From: an uncultured Gammaproteobacteria bacterium | GTDB taxonomy: Bacteria > Pseudomonadota > Gammaproteobacteria > GCA-001735895 | Length of the DNA: 64,000 nt | Assembly (NCBI GenBank): GCA_913061315.1 | Contig: CAJXUC010000007.1 | Span: forward strand, 7,766-71,765 | Reading direction: 5' to 3' | Part shown: piece after piece, positions 8,904 through 21,114 of the stretch | How positions within the stretch are numbered: position 1 is the stretch's first letter | Layout of the letters: every line of letters begins with the position of its first letter | Notes under the pieces: model-generated | What the model was told of the DNA's origin: nothing | Database searches by the model: none | Seen by the model: only the letters and a program-made list of their open reading frames with translations | Program-made: the position numbers and the translations under genes

Positions 8904-10019
8904 CTATTTTGTCAGTACTAAATTTTCACGATTAATCAATTCAGGTGCATCCTCATAACCCAGGATTTTGGCTACATTTAGGCTTGATTGACCCATAATG
9001 AGCTTACTTTCAGCCGAACTGTAATTAACTAGACCACGCGCCACTTCATCACCATTACTGTCAACACAACTAACGACTTCACCACGGTTAAACTTACCGC
9101 TGACTTTTTTCACACCGACCGGCAATAAACTCGCATTTTTATTAACCAAGACACTCACAGCACCATCATCAAGCTGCAACTTGCCACTACAACGCATATG
9201 TCCTGCAAGCCATTGCTTTCGCGCGGCTAAATGCCCTTCACAGGCCTCTAAGAAACTACCAATCGCTTCACCTTCGACCAACCGTGAAATCACATTGTCG
9301 TGTTTGCCTGAAGCGATCACTGTGTGGGTACCTGATCTCGCCGCTAACTGAGCTGCACTTACTTTAGTTTGCATACCACCCCGGCCTAGATTGCCAGCAC
9401 TGGGGCCCGCATAGGTCATTAATACAGGATCGTTTGCATCTACTTTTTGAATCAATACTGCATTAGCATTGTTGGCTGGATTAGAGTCGTATAACCCTGT
9501 TTGATCAGTCAAGATAATGAGTAAATCAGCTTCGATTAAGTTAGATACCAGCGCACCCAGCGTGTCGTTATCACCAAACCGAATTTCTTCAGTCGATACT
9601 GTATCATTTTCGTTCACAACGGGAATTGCGCCATAGGATAGTAAGGTGCGTAAAGTACTTCGGGCGTTAAGATATCGTTGACGATTGGCGAGGTCATCGT
9701 GAGTCAGTAGCACTTGAGCACAATGTAAGTCATGTGCTTTAAAGCAAGCTTCATAGGCTTGCGCCAGACCCATTTGGCCAACAGCAGCCATAGCTTGCAA
9801 CTGAGAGATATTATTGGGACGAGATTTTAATCCGAGCCGTTTGATGCCTTCGACAATCGCACCCGAAGAGACTAAGACAATATCAACAGACAAAGCCCGA
9901 AGCACTGCTATCTGGCTAACCCAGTTAGCGATCATTTTATGATCGATACCTTTGCCGTTATCAGTCAATAACGCACTGCCAATCTTAATTACGACTTTTT
10001 TGTAGAGTGCTTTTTTCAT
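8904..10019 (-). CDS. proB: Glutamate 5-kinase with C-terminal PUA domain
   Basis: N-terminal VVIKIGSALLTD kinase motif; 371 aa; PUA domain at the C-terminus. Confidence 0.9.
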   Translation of the reverse strand: MKKALYKKVVIKIGSALLTDNGKGIDHKMIANWVSQIAVLRALSVDIVLVSSGAIVEGIKRLGLKSRPNNISQLQAMAAVGQMGLAQAYEACFKAHDLHCAQVLLTHDDLANRQRYLNARSTLRTLLSYGAIPVVNENDTVSTEEIRFGDNDTLGALVSNLIEADLLIILTDQTGLYDSNPANNANAVLIQKVDANDPVLMTYAGPSAGNLGRGGMQTKVSAAQLAARSGTHTVIASGKHDNVISRLVEGEAIGSFLEACEGHLAARKQWLAGHMRCSGKLQLDDGAVSVLVNKNASLLPVGVKKVSGKFNRGEVVSCVDSNGDEVARGLVNYSSAESKLIMGQSSLNVAKILGYEDAPELINRENLVLTK

Positions 10020-10079
10020 TCAGCTGGTTTCATTAAGCCAGTTTTTTTAAACTAGTTTTATTTAAAGTTTTCGTACTAA

Positions 10080-11147
<1,068 letters not shown>

Positions 11148-11343
11148 TTAATTGTTTGTTGAATAAAAAACTAAGATTATAACATTGGACTGATCGTCAC
11201 TCCAACGCATCTAATAACAGTGATATGCGTACACTATAGAATGGTATAAGTCTCGCTATTATTTTGCTAAAAACTTGTAATTAAGTAGCACAAACTAGTC
11301 ATCATTATCGAAGGGCGAGACACGCCTGTTTCACCCTACACAT

Positions 11344-11371
11344 AAAAAAGCCCCGCATTAGCGAGGCTTTT
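11344..11371 (-). terminator. Hairpin followed by a T-run downstream of rpmA (terminator or attenuator before obgE)
   Basis: On the minus strand: aaaagcctcgc-taat-gcggggcttttttt. Confidence 0.5.
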
Positions 11372-11393
11372 AGATACGATATAAGCCTAGACT

Positions 11394-11654
11394 TTACGCT
11401 GCGCTAACGATACTTACGAAAGTACGGTTATGTCGACCTTTAACTCGAAACTCTACGTTTCCATCAACTTTTGCGTATAACGTATGATCTTTACCACAAC
11501 CGACGTTATCGCCAGGGTGAAATTTTGTACCACGCTGACGAACCAAAATATTACCAGGAACCACTACTTCGCCGCCAAATTTCTTAACACCGAGTCTTTT
11601 AGACTCCGAATCGCGACCGTTACGAGTACTACCCGCTGCTTTCTTATGTGCCAT
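11394..11654 (-). CDS. rpmA: 50S ribosomal protein L27
   Basis: [24 protein letters not shown]. Confidence 0.95.
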   Translation of the reverse strand: MAHKKAAGSTRNGRDSESKRLGVKKFGGEVVVPGNILVRQRGTKFHPGDNVGCGKDHTLYAKVDGNVEFRVKGRHNRTFVSIVSAA

Positions 11655-11666
11655 TGTTCAGACCCT

Positions 11667-11978
11667 TTATGCTTTAATATCTGTAACTTCAATTTCGGTA
11701 TAGCTTTGGCGATGTCCTGCCTGTCTACGCGAATGCTTACGACGACGAAATTTAACGATGTCGACTTTTTTACCACGACCGTGTGACTTGATAGTCACTG
11801 TTACGGCGCTTTTGTCTAACATTGGAGTTCCGACAGCGATATTGTCACCATCAGCAACCATTAGAACGCCATCCAACTCAACTGCAGAGCCTTCTTCACC
11901 TTCTAGCTTTTCGACGCGCAGGGTTTCACCCTTGGTGACACGGTACTGTTTTCCACCTGTGGCGATGACAGCGTACAT
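11667..11978 (-). CDS. rplU: 50S ribosomal protein L21
   Basis: [25 protein letters not shown]. Confidence 0.95.
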   Translation of the reverse strand: MYAVIATGGKQYRVTKGETLRVEKLEGEEGSAVELDGVLMVADGDNIAVGTPMLDKSAVTVTIKSHGRGKKVDIVKFRRRKHSRRQAGHRQSYTEIEVTDIKA

Positions 11979-12110
11979 TTGACTTACTCCGAAGCGATAC
12001 TTAAAAAAGGTGGCGAATATTAGCTTTTGACAGCTAATAGGTCAATTGCTTTATCACTCTAAATGAGATTATTTCAAATTACGAGCTGACCAAGCGGTGC
12101 ATTATCCACT

Positions 12111-12926
12111 TCAGCGCCGAGTCCACAAGCTAATTTGACGGGTTACTAATAATGTTATGATTAAAAAAGCCGTTGCACTCAAGACAATCGAAGGTCCTGT
12201 CTGCCAATCGAACTGGAATGAACTGGTAATTCCACCTGCCAGCGACAAAATACCAAACACCGCACTAAAAAAAACCATTTTTTCAGGATTGTGACTCAGT
12301 AGGCGCGCACTGGTCGTCGGAATGACCAACATAGCAGCGATTAACAAAACACCCATCACCTTCATTAGCACTGCCACCAACAGCGCTATCATCATATACA
12401 TTAAAAATTGCTCTTTCCTGACAGAGATACCTTCTGCTTGGGCAATCTCTCGGCTGACCGATAATGCCACAAATGGTCGCCAGTGCCGAAGCAATAGGAT
12501 CAATAAGATCAATGTGGTTAACAAAATCATCAACAAGTCTGCACGAGTTGTTGCCAGCAGGTCACCAAACAGGATTGCCTCGAGGCTAACCGAGTTTGAC
12601 GGTAAGGCACCGAGCAAAATCAAACCACCCGCTAGTCCAGTATGTGAAATGATCGCTAACGTTGTTTCCGATAGCGCATTATTAAAATTGGCCACCTGAC
12701 TCAATGAGAATACAATCAAAATCACCACTGCCAATACACCAAACATTGGGTTTACTTCTAAAAGCAAACCTATACCAACGCCCAAAACGGCAGCATGGCC
12801 CAGCGTATCGCTTAAAAAAGCCAATCGCTGCCACACCATCAAACAGCCCATCGGTGCAGCTATGCTGACCATCATTAAACCAGCGAGAATACTGCGGACT
12901 AAAAAATCATCGAGCCAATCAATCAT
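12111..12926 (-). CDS. znuB: Zinc ABC transporter permease
   Basis: ZnuB-like polytopic membrane protein. The start is trimmed to the ATG (MIDWLDDF) that abuts the znuC stop. Confidence 0.85.
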   Translation of the reverse strand: MIDWLDDFLVRSILAGLMMVSIAAPMGCLMVWQRLAFLSDTLGHAAVLGVGIGLLLEVNPMFGVLAVVILIVFSLSQVANFNNALSETTLAIISHTGLAGGLILLGALPSNSVSLEAILFGDLLATTRADLLMILLTTLILLILLLRHWRPFVALSVSREIAQAEGISVRKEQFLMYMMIALLVAVLMKVMGVLLIAAMLVIPTTSARLLSHNPEKMVFFSAVFGILSLAGGITSSFQFDWQTGPSIVLSATAFLIITLLVTRQISLWTRR

Positions 12927-13671
12927 GCTGGCAGCTCTCCTGTTGCCCAGATACATCATGGACATGATCGTGGCGATGGGCATAAACAGCAATCGCATCG
13001 GCAGCTTGATCACCAAATAGAGCCAAATACTCTGGATGTTTACTGACTGATTCAGGTAATCCCGAGCAGCACAAATGTTGATTCAGGCATAAAACTTGAT
13101 CTGTTTTTGACATGACTAAATGTAGGTCATGCGACACTAACAGAACGGCACATTGTAACCGGTTGCGAAACTCACCGATTAGCTCATACATTTTAATTTC
13201 ACCCGTAACGTCTACACCGGCAGTCGGTTCATCCAACACGATTAAATCCGGGTCGCCTAACGTAGTGCGTGCCAATAATACTCGCTTAAGCTCACCTTCA
13301 GAAAGAGAGTGGACCTGCCGATGCTTTAAGTAGGCAACATTAGTTTGTGACAGTGCCTCGTCAACTTCAGCCTCTTTTGCTCGCTGGGTAAGTTGCATGA
13401 GTCGCTGCACACTTAATGGCATCAACGTATTGACATAGACTTTCTGGGGTAAATAACCAATTTTCAATGAAGGCAAGCGTTCAATCGTTCCACTATGATT
13501 TTCAATCAAACCATTAACAATACTGGTTAAGGTGGATTTACCCGCACCATTTGGACCGATTATTGTCGTGATTTGGCTTCGATAAAGTTCAAAACTTACT
13601 TTATCAAGTATATTTTTACCTCCGCTGGAGTAGCTTATATCACTTGCTCGTAATAGTAATTCAGGCGCCAT
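12919..13671 (-). CDS. znuC: Zinc ABC transporter ATP-binding protein
   Basis: Walker A GPNGAGKST, ABC signature LSEGELKRV and Walker B LIVLDEP. The start is at MAPELLL, immediately after the zur stop. Confidence 0.85.
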   Translation of the reverse strand: MAPELLLRASDISYSSGGKNILDKVSFELYRSQITTIIGPNGAGKSTLTSIVNGLIENHSGTIERLPSLKIGYLPQKVYVNTLMPLSVQRLMQLTQRAKEAEVDEALSQTNVAYLKHRQVHSLSEGELKRVLLARTTLGDPDLIVLDEPTAGVDVTGEIKMYELIGEFRNRLQCAVLLVSHDLHLVMSKTDQVLCLNQHLCCSGLPESVSKHPEYLALFGDQAADAIAVYAHRHDHVHDVSGQQESCQHD

Positions 13672-14176
13672 TTTTATTGCAGTCTCTACAAACACCCGTG
13701 ATTTCAACCACAGAATGATCGACCTTAAAGCCCAGATTATCCGCCTTTGTTAACAAACTGGAGTCAGGGCTGTCTAATTCAGCCACTTTTTCACAACCGC
13801 TACAAATTAAGAACTGCGCTGCATAGTGATGCCCAGGATGATCACAACTTATAAAGGCATTCTTGCTTTCGATTCGGTGAACTAAGCCTTCAGCAAGTAA
13901 AAACTCTAACGCTCGATACACAATAGGAGGTGCTATCGACTGACTTTTTTTACCTTCCATCTCAACTACTTGTTGGTTCAGACAATCTAGTATCTCGTAA
14001 GCACCCATCGGCTGATGCGACTGTGTTAGTAAAGTTAAAACTTGCAGTCGGCGTGGAGTCAACTTAACTCGACGATTTTCACATAGTGTTTTCGCATGAC
14101 GCATTGACTGACTTTGGCACTGACTGTGGTCGTGCTGCTCAAATGCAATGCAATGTTGTGTATTGTCTTCACTCAT
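13661..14176 (-). CDS. zur: Fur-family zinc uptake regulator
   Basis: Fur-family DNA-binding and metal-site features (CDHPGHHYAAQFLICSGCEKV) with an N-terminal His/Cys-rich extension; first gene of a zur-znuC-znuB operon. Confidence 0.8.
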   Translation of the reverse strand: MSEDNTQHCIAFEQHDHSQCQSQSMRHAKTLCENRRVKLTPRRLQVLTLLTQSHQPMGAYEILDCLNQQVVEMEGKKSQSIAPPIVYRALEFLLAEGLVHRIESKNAFISCDHPGHHYAAQFLICSGCEKVAELDSPDSSLLTKADNLGFKVDHSVVEITGVCRDCNKNGA

Positions 14177-14177
14177 A

Positions 14178-14194
14178 GTGTTATATTATAACGG
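14178..14194. promoter_or_regulatory. Zur box (GTGTTATATTATAACGG) in the zur-znuCB / znuA divergent promoter region
   Basis: AT-rich palindrome GTTATA-T-TATAAC matching the gammaproteobacterial Zur consensus, centred in the 59-nt intergenic region. Confidence 0.55.
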
Positions 14195-14235
14195 TTTTAG
14201 TCTTATCACCATCTCTAATTACCCTTAAATAAACT

Positions 14236-15054
14236 ATGCGCATCTTGATCATCCTGTCTGTTCTATTGCCTTTTCCAGTAATAGCCAATATTAATGTTGT
14301 TACCTCTATCGAACCACTTCACCAAATTACAAGAGCCATCATGCAAGGTGTGCATGAGCCAGAGCTCCTAATCAAACGACAGATTTCCGCTCATCACTTT
14401 TCATTTAGACCGTCTCACTTTACCTTAATCAAAAATGCCGACCTAATGATCTGGATTGGTCGCGACTTCGAAAGTGGCTTCCAGCGCTTACCCGAAATTT
14501 TAAACGAAAAAACCAAACAACTTGAATTGGTCAAAGCGCTAAAACTACAAAATCAAAATGGGCATATTTGGTATTCACCGATTCTGCTACCACTGATTAT
14601 CAATAAAATTTTAACTGCGCTAAAAGAAAGTGATCCCAGTAATGTAGATCTTTACCAAAGCAATACCGATCTACTGATTGCCTCAATACAACAATGGGCC
14701 AACCTAACCCAATCAAATATTAATAAAAAAACGCCTCGCTATATTCTTGACCACGACTTTTTAAGCCACTTTGAGTTAGGCATGGGGATCACTCCAACTG
14801 CCGTACTTCACGATAGTCACGATCAACATAACGGTATACAGGCTTTAAAAGAAATTGAGACTAACTTGCGCGAATCACCCGTTAAATGCTTATTGATCAA
14901 TGAACCATCAGCATCGAAAATAGCCAAAAACTTGGCCAAAGAGTTTAGTCTTGAAATCCACAACATCAGGCTATCAAGCGACAACCAGCAACAAGAGCCA
15001 AGCCTGATCGACAGCCTCAACAGACTCAGTGACATCATGCAGCATTGTTACTAA
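14236..15054 (+). CDS. znuA: Zinc ABC transporter substrate-binding protein (cluster A-I SBP, no His-rich loop)
   Basis: Signal peptide. The three metal-ligand His contexts are present (ISAHHFSFRPS, NGHIWYSP, ILDHDFLSHF). Divergent from zur-znuCB. Confidence 0.75.
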   Translation: MRILIILSVLLPFPVIANINVVTSIEPLHQITRAIMQGVHEPELLIKRQISAHHFSFRPSHFTLIKNADLMIWIGRDFESGFQRLPEILNEKTKQLELVKALKLQNQNGHIWYSPILLPLIINKILTALKESDPSNVDLYQSNTDLLIASIQQWANLTQSNINKKTPRYILDHDFLSHFELGMGITPTAVLHDSHDQHNGIQALKEIETNLRESPVKCLLINEPSASKIAKNLAKEFSLEIHNIRLSSDNQQQEPSLIDSLNRLSDIMQHCY

Positions 15055-15141
15055 AGTAAAAACCCCCCACCTATATTGGCACCTTTGGGATATAATAGTT
15101 ATATTAAGAATATCAACCAATGTGCATATAACTTGACGATC

Positions 15142-16149
15142 ATGAACGAACCTGCCCTAACTGAAAACAATACGAATACTTACAATATCGACCAGCTGAA
15201 TGATTTAACAAGAGCTGACATGGCTCGAGTCAATCAGGTGATTGTCGATCATTTGGCGTCACCCGTCGTACTCATCAATCAACTTAGCCGACACATTATC
15301 CACAGTGGTGGTAAACGTTTGCGGCCAACGCTGGTTATGTTGTGTGCTAAAGCTTGTGATTATCAAGGTGATCAAGATGCCTTGCTTGCTGCCGTTGTCG
15401 AATTTATCCACACCGCAACATTGCTCCATGACGACGTAGTGGACGATTCAGATCTGCGCCGTGGGCAGGAAACAGCGAGTAGTATTTGGGGTAACGAGGC
15501 GGCCGTGCTAGTTGGTGATTACCTTTATTCGCGTGCTTTTCAGATGATGGTCAAGGCTCATTCGATGCACATGATGGATATACTTGCCAATGCGACCAAT
15601 ACCATAGCCCAAGGCGAGGTATTACAGCTATTAAATATAAATGATGCGAATACCAGTGAAGAAAGATATATTGAAGTGATTTACGGGAAAACCGCCTGTC
15701 TATTTGAAGCAGCCACTCAAATTGGTGCCGTTCTGAGTGATTCTGACAAACAAACTGAACAAGCACTCAAAAGTTATGGCAAACATCTTGGTATGGCATT
15801 TCAATTGATTGACGACGCGCTGGATTACACCGCGAATCCGGATGAACTTGGAAAAAATGTGGGCGATGATCTCGCAGAAGGTAAACCCACACTGCCTCTT
15901 ATTTATGCCATGCAACAGGGCAATGATGAGCAACAGGCACTAATACGAAATGCAATTGAAAATGGTGGTCTAGATCATATTGACGCGATCACCCAAATTA
16001 TTCACGACACGGGTGCGCTAGAATACACCTATCAGCAGGCAATAAACGAAGCCAACCTGGCGAAGCAGTCCATAGCATTATTACCAAAATCAGCTTATAC
16101 GGAAGCTTTAACTTTTCTCGCTGATTACTCAGTCAAACGAAGCCATTAA
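15142..16149 (+). CDS. ispB: Octaprenyl-diphosphate synthase
   Basis: Two DDxxD motifs (LLHDDVVDDSD and LIDDALDY); N-terminus aligns to IspB from the ATG at 15142. Confidence 0.85.
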   Translation: MNEPALTENNTNTYNIDQLNDLTRADMARVNQVIVDHLASPVVLINQLSRHIIHSGGKRLRPTLVMLCAKACDYQGDQDALLAAVVEFIHTATLLHDDVVDDSDLRRGQETASSIWGNEAAVLVGDYLYSRAFQMMVKAHSMHMMDILANATNTIAQGEVLQLLNINDANTSEERYIEVIYGKTACLFEAATQIGAVLSDSDKQTEQALKSYGKHLGMAFQLIDDALDYTANPDELGKNVGDDLAEGKPTLPLIYAMQQGNDEQQALIRNAIENGGLDHIDAITQIIHDTGALEYTYQQAINEANLAKQSIALLPKSAYTEALTFLADYSVKRSH

Positions 16150-16350
16150 GCTTACAAGTACTATCGAATAAGGATGCATTTGATCTATCTCTTCAGCACT
16201 GCAGATGAATCATATCCTTACCATGTCTAAACAGCCTCGTTAATATTACTTAGCATGATTCCTTGCCAGTCTAACCAGCAAGGACCCATAATCAAAACAG
16301 GTGATTTTAAAAGCGTCAAAACCACCAAAACAATTTTTAATCTTTACTAA

Positions 16351-18006
16351 TTAACGTTGCTCTTTTTCCCAGTAATTACTCAAACCCACAGCTACATTGT
16401 CAGCTTCCATCATGCCTTTACCTTTAATAATGTCAGCGGCACGTTCGGCTAACATAATGGTTGGTGAGTTTAAATTACCGTTGGGAATTGTTGGGAATAT
16501 CGATGAATCAACAACCCGCAGCCCTTCGATGCCATGGACCCGAGTTTCTGAATCGACAACCGCCATTTCATCTTCACCCATTTTACAAGTACAAGAAGCA
16601 TGATAGGCACTCTCAACCGCACCACGTATGTAATCATCAATTTCTTCATCACTTTGCACTGACTCACCCGGTTGAATTTCTGAATCTCTAAAGGCGTCCA
16701 TGGCAGGCTGATTAATTATTTCACGCGTCAATCGCACGCACGCTCGGTAGGCTTCAATATCCTCTTGGTGCTGCAGGTAATTAAACCGTATCTCAGGTTT
16801 ATCACCAACGCTTGGCGTCAATACCTTTATCGTCCCCCTACTTTTAGGCTTGTTATGCCCAACATGCATCTGGAAACCATGACCATCAAATGCCGCTTTG
16901 CCGTCATAGCGCATAGCAGCAGGCAAAAAATGATATTGAATATCAGGCCATTTAATACCAGCCTTAGAACGAATAAACGCACATGACTCAAAATGGTTTG
17001 TGGCTCCAAGGCCCGTTTTCGTCAATATCCAACGGGCCCCAATTAAAAATTTACTCCACCAATTTAATTTACTGTTTAATGTGATTGGCTGCTTACATTT
17101 AAATTGAAAGTAAAACTCCAGATGATCTTGCAAATTTTCACCAACACCAGGGAGATCATGCTTCACCTCAATACCGGCTTGATAAAGCACTTTAGCTGGG
17201 CCAATGCCTGATAGCTGCAACAGATGCGGTGAGCCAACGGACCCCGCGCTGAGTATTACTTCACGATTTGAATGCACCTGCTGAAGATGGCCATCTTTTA
17301 TGTATTCTATTCCTACTGCCTTCTTATCCTTCAATAGCACTCGCTGAGTTAAAGCTTCGGTAATAACCGTTAAATTTTGGCGCTTGAGCGCAGGTTTCAG
17401 ATAAGCATTAGCAGTCGACCAACGAACGCCGTTTTTCACTGTCATATGCATCGCACCAAAACCTTCCTGTTGACGACCATTGTAATCGTCAGTCTTCATG
17501 TAACCCGCCTCTGCACCCGCTTCAATAAAAGCGCCATACAAAGGGTTTTGCATATTATTGCCGTTATTAGTCGCTAACGGGCCTTGCTTGCCACGGTACT
17601 CATCTCCACCAAAAAACCAGCTTTCTGCCTTTTTAAAATAAGGCAAGCAATGGCTATAACCCCAATCTTTTGCACCATTCGATTCCCACTCATCAAAATC
17701 TTCTGCATGACCTCGAACATAAGCCATTCCATTAATTGATGACGATCCACCCAACACCTTACCGCGTGGGCAATGCATTCGACGGTTATCGAGGAAGGAC
17801 TCAGGCTGAGATTCAAAAAACCAATTGTACTTTGGCATATTCATCGGGATCGACAAGGCCGTCGGCATTTGAATAAAAATGCTCTTATCACTTCCCCCTG
17901 TTTCCAATAGCAAGACAGAAACACCTTTATCTTCAGAAAGTCGATTGGCTAATACGCAACCTGCAGAACCTGCGCCAACAATAATGTAATCGTATGTTTG
18001 TGTCAT
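16351..18006 (-). CDS. betA: Choline dehydrogenase (GMC oxidoreductase)
   Basis: [24 protein letters not shown]-binding N-terminus; full-length GMC fold; 551 aa. Confidence 0.9.
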   Translation of the reverse strand: MTQTYDYIIVGAGSAGCVLANRLSEDKGVSVLLLETGGSDKSIFIQMPTALSIPMNMPKYNWFFESQPESFLDNRRMHCPRGKVLGGSSSINGMAYVRGHAEDFDEWESNGAKDWGYSHCLPYFKKAESWFFGGDEYRGKQGPLATNNGNNMQNPLYGAFIEAGAEAGYMKTDDYNGRQQEGFGAMHMTVKNGVRWSTANAYLKPALKRQNLTVITEALTQRVLLKDKKAVGIEYIKDGHLQQVHSNREVILSAGSVGSPHLLQLSGIGPAKVLYQAGIEVKHDLPGVGENLQDHLEFYFQFKCKQPITLNSKLNWWSKFLIGARWILTKTGLGATNHFESCAFIRSKAGIKWPDIQYHFLPAAMRYDGKAAFDGHGFQMHVGHNKPKSRGTIKVLTPSVGDKPEIRFNYLQHQEDIEAYRACVRLTREIINQPAMDAFRDSEIQPGESVQSDEEIDDYIRGAVESAYHASCTCKMGEDEMAVVDSETRVHGIEGLRVVDSSIFPTIPNGNLNSPTIMLAERAADIIKGKGMMEADNVAVGLSNYWEKEQR

Positions 18007-18091
18007 AACAGCAATCTCTTAAATGTGTGAACAAGCACTTTCACGCTTGATTTTCGGGGTTAGCTTTTAGGCGTCGCTTGCAAGCTTAATT

Positions 18092-18667
18092 TCAAACTAA
18101 TTGTCGATTAAGGTAGTCAAATGCTATTGCTTTAGCTTTTTGCGAGTCAAAGCCCTGTTGCTCAAAAGCACCTCGTAACCATAAACCATCGATTAAAGCA
18201 GCCATACCGTCTGCCGCTATTTTCGCCTCCTCCGGGGAGAGCAATCGACGATACCAAAAGACTAAGTTAGATTGTAGTCGTCGCCGGTTAACGTTTTGAA
18301 GTTTAGCTAATGATGGCACATGCATCGCTTGTGACCAAAAAGCCAACCAACTGGTAACAAACCTTAACGACGTTTGATGATGTGAGAAATTACCTTCTAT
18401 AATCGCCCAAATTTTCTGTCTTGGTGTCTTCGCCTGCCGAACCCGACTCGATACGGCCTCGCCTAGGTCTATCAAAATTTTACGCATGGTTGCCTCAACC
18501 AGCTCATTTTTGCCACCAAAATAATGACTAATGATACCGGTTGAAACACCAGCCAAACCGCTAATTTTATTGATTGTAGTATCGGCTAGCCCGAAGCGAA
18601 ATATCGATTCACACGTTGCGTCTATTAGTTGAGCACGGCGAACAGGCTCCATTCCAACTTTTGGCAT
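18092..18667 (-). CDS. betI: TetR-family repressor BetI
   Basis: TetR HTH (TINKISGLAGVSTGIISHYF); immediately upstream of betA. Confidence 0.8.
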   Translation of the reverse strand: MPKVGMEPVRRAQLIDATCESIFRFGLADTTINKISGLAGVSTGIISHYFGGKNELVEATMRKILIDLGEAVSSRVRQAKTPRQKIWAIIEGNFSHHQTSLRFVTSWLAFWSQAMHVPSLAKLQNVNRRRLQSNLVFWYRRLLSPEEAKIAADGMAALIDGLWLRGAFEQQGFDSQKAKAIAFDYLNRQLV

Positions 18668-18743
18668 AGTCTTCTCTATGTATTAATTTATGACTATCAC
18701 ACATTTTATATTGAACGGTCAATTAATAATAAACCCGAAGACC

Positions 18744-19571
18744 CTATGGCGCATTTAGCCATTGTTCAATTACTCCCGTTTCGGGACGAAAATAACAAAT
18801 CATTCGTTGTTTACAGATTGAATCTTGCGATGCCTTCCAGGGTGCTACCCCGTGCAACGCTAATCGATGCACTAAATAAGCTTCACCAGGCTTAGCTACT
18901 ATTTCGACTCGTCGACAGGTATCCAATATTTTTTGTCTAGTATTATGATATCGCTCAGTCACGTCTATTGATGACCAGTCCTCAGGCGAGTGATTTAAAA
19001 ATAATGACTCAAATGCTCCACGCACAACTTCATGAGAACCTTCCCAAATGACAAATGGTGAAGCGTCATTATCATAATCAAGCAGCGGGATTGCCAAAAC
19101 AAAACCATGCCATTCACGCAAGAACCTCCGTCGATTAGGACCTTCAGGTAAAAGTCCATCGACATGGGCTGCGTCACGATCTCGACGAAACTTGAACGCA
19201 GCCTCTTTCTCAATAGACATACGCTGAGGATAACCAGGGTAACAAATTGAGACTTGCGCCTTATCCCAGTCGAACTCAGATAAGCCTAGTGCCTGTGCAA
19301 TAAAATTAACGGCATCACCCCCTAACGCAGAACCAGATCCAACTGAGCCATCATTGGCATTGGGCAAAATATTGACACCAGCAAACCAAGTATCACCACA
19401 CCGTAGCCATTTTGCGTTATCGGGATCGATAACTAGTGACTGAGCAACAGGCAGGGCCGATTCAATCCAATTTAATAGAGAGGGATCAGATTCGAATTGA
19501 CACCAACCTTGGGTAAAAAAATCAGCCTTTTTTTGGGCCAGATTATCCAAACTCATACTGCGATTTCTCAT
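18744..19571 (-). CDS. Hypothetical protein; possible Fe(II)/2-oxoglutarate-dioxygenase-like enzyme (HxD...H)
   Basis: 275 aa with no clear family signature. AAHVDG and LHGVAPW resemble a PhyH-type facial triad. This is speculative. Confidence 0.35.
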   Translation of the reverse strand: MRNRSMSLDNLAQKKADFFTQGWCQFESDPSLLNWIESALPVAQSLVIDPDNAKWLRCGDTWFAGVNILPNANDGSVGSGSALGGDAVNFIAQALGLSEFDWDKAQVSICYPGYPQRMSIEKEAAFKFRRDRDAAHVDGLLPEGPNRRRFLREWHGFVLAIPLLDYDNDASPFVIWEGSHEVVRGAFESLFLNHSPEDWSSIDVTERYHNTRQKILDTCRRVEIVAKPGEAYLVHRLALHGVAPWKASQDSICKQRMICYFRPETGVIEQWLNAP

Positions 19572-19875
19572 ATTGCATTTCTAATACTGCACTTTAAAAT
19601 ATACACAACCATTTTCACACGATGTGGCTGATGCTATCATGATTTAACATTATATAAATTGACTAGAACTGGTTTTAAAAAAGTTAAACAATGGTTGAAT
19701 ATTACGCCGTTAAATACCGCTAAAATGTGTGTCATTGTAATCAGTAAGTTCAGTCTGACCTTGACGGCACATTTTAAGGTTATAAACACCAAAATATACT
19801 CACTTTGAACGAATTTTTAGCTTTTTAAACATCAGATATAAGTCGCTCTTTAACATTTAGCTTTAAAGGCCTGAC

Positions 19876-21114
19876 ATGCAACTTGACCTTGAATTTGTTC
19901 GCCAACAGTTTTCTCAACTAAACGATAATCCAGAGATCGTTTTCGCCTCAAACGCTGGGGGCAGTTTGGTTTGCAATCAGGTCAACGATTTAATGGACCA
20001 TTACAACCGCCATACGCGTGTTCAGCCCTACTCTCGCTTTACGCCATCTCAGGAAGCTGGGCAAGCAATGGATAGAGCCAAACAAGCTTGGGCCGATGCG
20101 CTAAACATTAGTCTGTCAGAGTTGACGATGGGGCCATCGACGTCAATGAACACTTACGTAATGGCTCAAGCTATTGGTGCAACATGGAACGAAGGTGACG
20201 AAATCATAGTCACTAATCAGGACCACGAAGCTAACAGTGGGTCCTGGCGTCGTAAAGCGCTCGAAAAAGGGGTCACCATTAAACAATGGGCGGTGGATAA
20301 AGAAACTGGCCTGCTCGACCCGAACCAATTATTTGCACTACTCTCCAGTAAAACACGCTGGGTTTTCTTCACGCATTGTTCGAATATTGTTGGTACTGAA
20401 AACCCCGTAGCCGACATTACTAAACAGATCAAGGCGCAATCGAACGCTAAGGTTTTTGTCGACGCCGTCGCGCATGCACCTCATCATATTGCCGATTTAA
20501 AACAACTGGGTGTCGATGCTTACACCTTTAGTTTGTACAAAGTCTTTGGGCCCCATCAGAGCATTTTATATGTCAGTCAGATAGTTCATGCAGAACTGAA
20601 ATCACAGGCACATTATTTTAATAGCGGTCATCCAGAATATGACTTTAATCCCGCTGGTCCTCAGCATGCACAAGTAGCCGCTTGCGCCGGTGTTATTGAC
20701 TATTTCGATGCTTTACACCAGCATCATTTTGGAGAAACCAGTGTCAGTCAATCGCAAAAAATGGCCGACATTCACCCTTTAATCCAAGCGCATGAAAATG
20801 ACTTATCACAACCCATCCTTAGCTATTTAGACAATCACAGCCAGGTCCATTTAATTGGCAAAACTCATATAGAAGACAACGATCGCGCACCTACAATTGC
20901 GTTCAAACCATTAAAACAAAGCTCTGCATCACTGGCAGCCAGTTTACAAAAAGCCGGCATAGGAACAGAAAATGGAAACTTTTATGCACACCGGTTGATA
21001 ACTGATCTTGGTTTTGATGCAGATGACGGCGTAGTTAGAATATCACTGCTCCACTATGATAGAGCTCAAGACGTTGAAAAAATTATTCTCGAGTTAGATA
21101 AAGCTTTAGGATGA
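19876..21114 (+). CDS. Aminotransferase class V-fold PLP-dependent enzyme
   Basis: 412 aa; PLP-lysine context FSLYKVFGPH; class-V fold features throughout. Confidence 0.7.
   Translation: MQLDLEFVRQQFSQLNDNPEIVFASNAGGSLVCNQVNDLMDHYNRHTRVQPYSRFTPSQEAGQAMDRAKQAWADALNISLSELTMGPSTSMNTYVMAQAIGATWNEGDEIIVTNQDHEANSGSWRRKALEKGVTIKQWAVDKETGLLDPNQLFALLSSKTRWVFFTHCSNIVGTENPVADITKQIKAQSNAKVFVDAVAHAPHHIADLKQLGVDAYTFSLYKVFGPHQSILYVSQIVHAELKSQAHYFNSGHPEYDFNPAGPQHAQVAACAGVIDYFDALHQHHFGETSVSQSQKMADIHPLIQAHENDLSQPILSYLDNHSQVHLIGKTHIEDNDRAPTIAFKPLKQSSASLAASLQKAGIGTENGNFYAHRLITDLGFDADDGVVRISLLHYDRAQDVEKIILELDKALG

Noticed and set aside
12926-13016. Long N-terminal extensions of the znuB (to 13016) and znuC (to 13707) ORFs overlapping the upstream genes
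   Set aside because: The extended parts have no ZnuB/ZnuC homology. Internal ATGs at 12926 and 13671 give canonical N-termini and tight operon spacing, so the longer forms were treated as ORF-calling artefacts.
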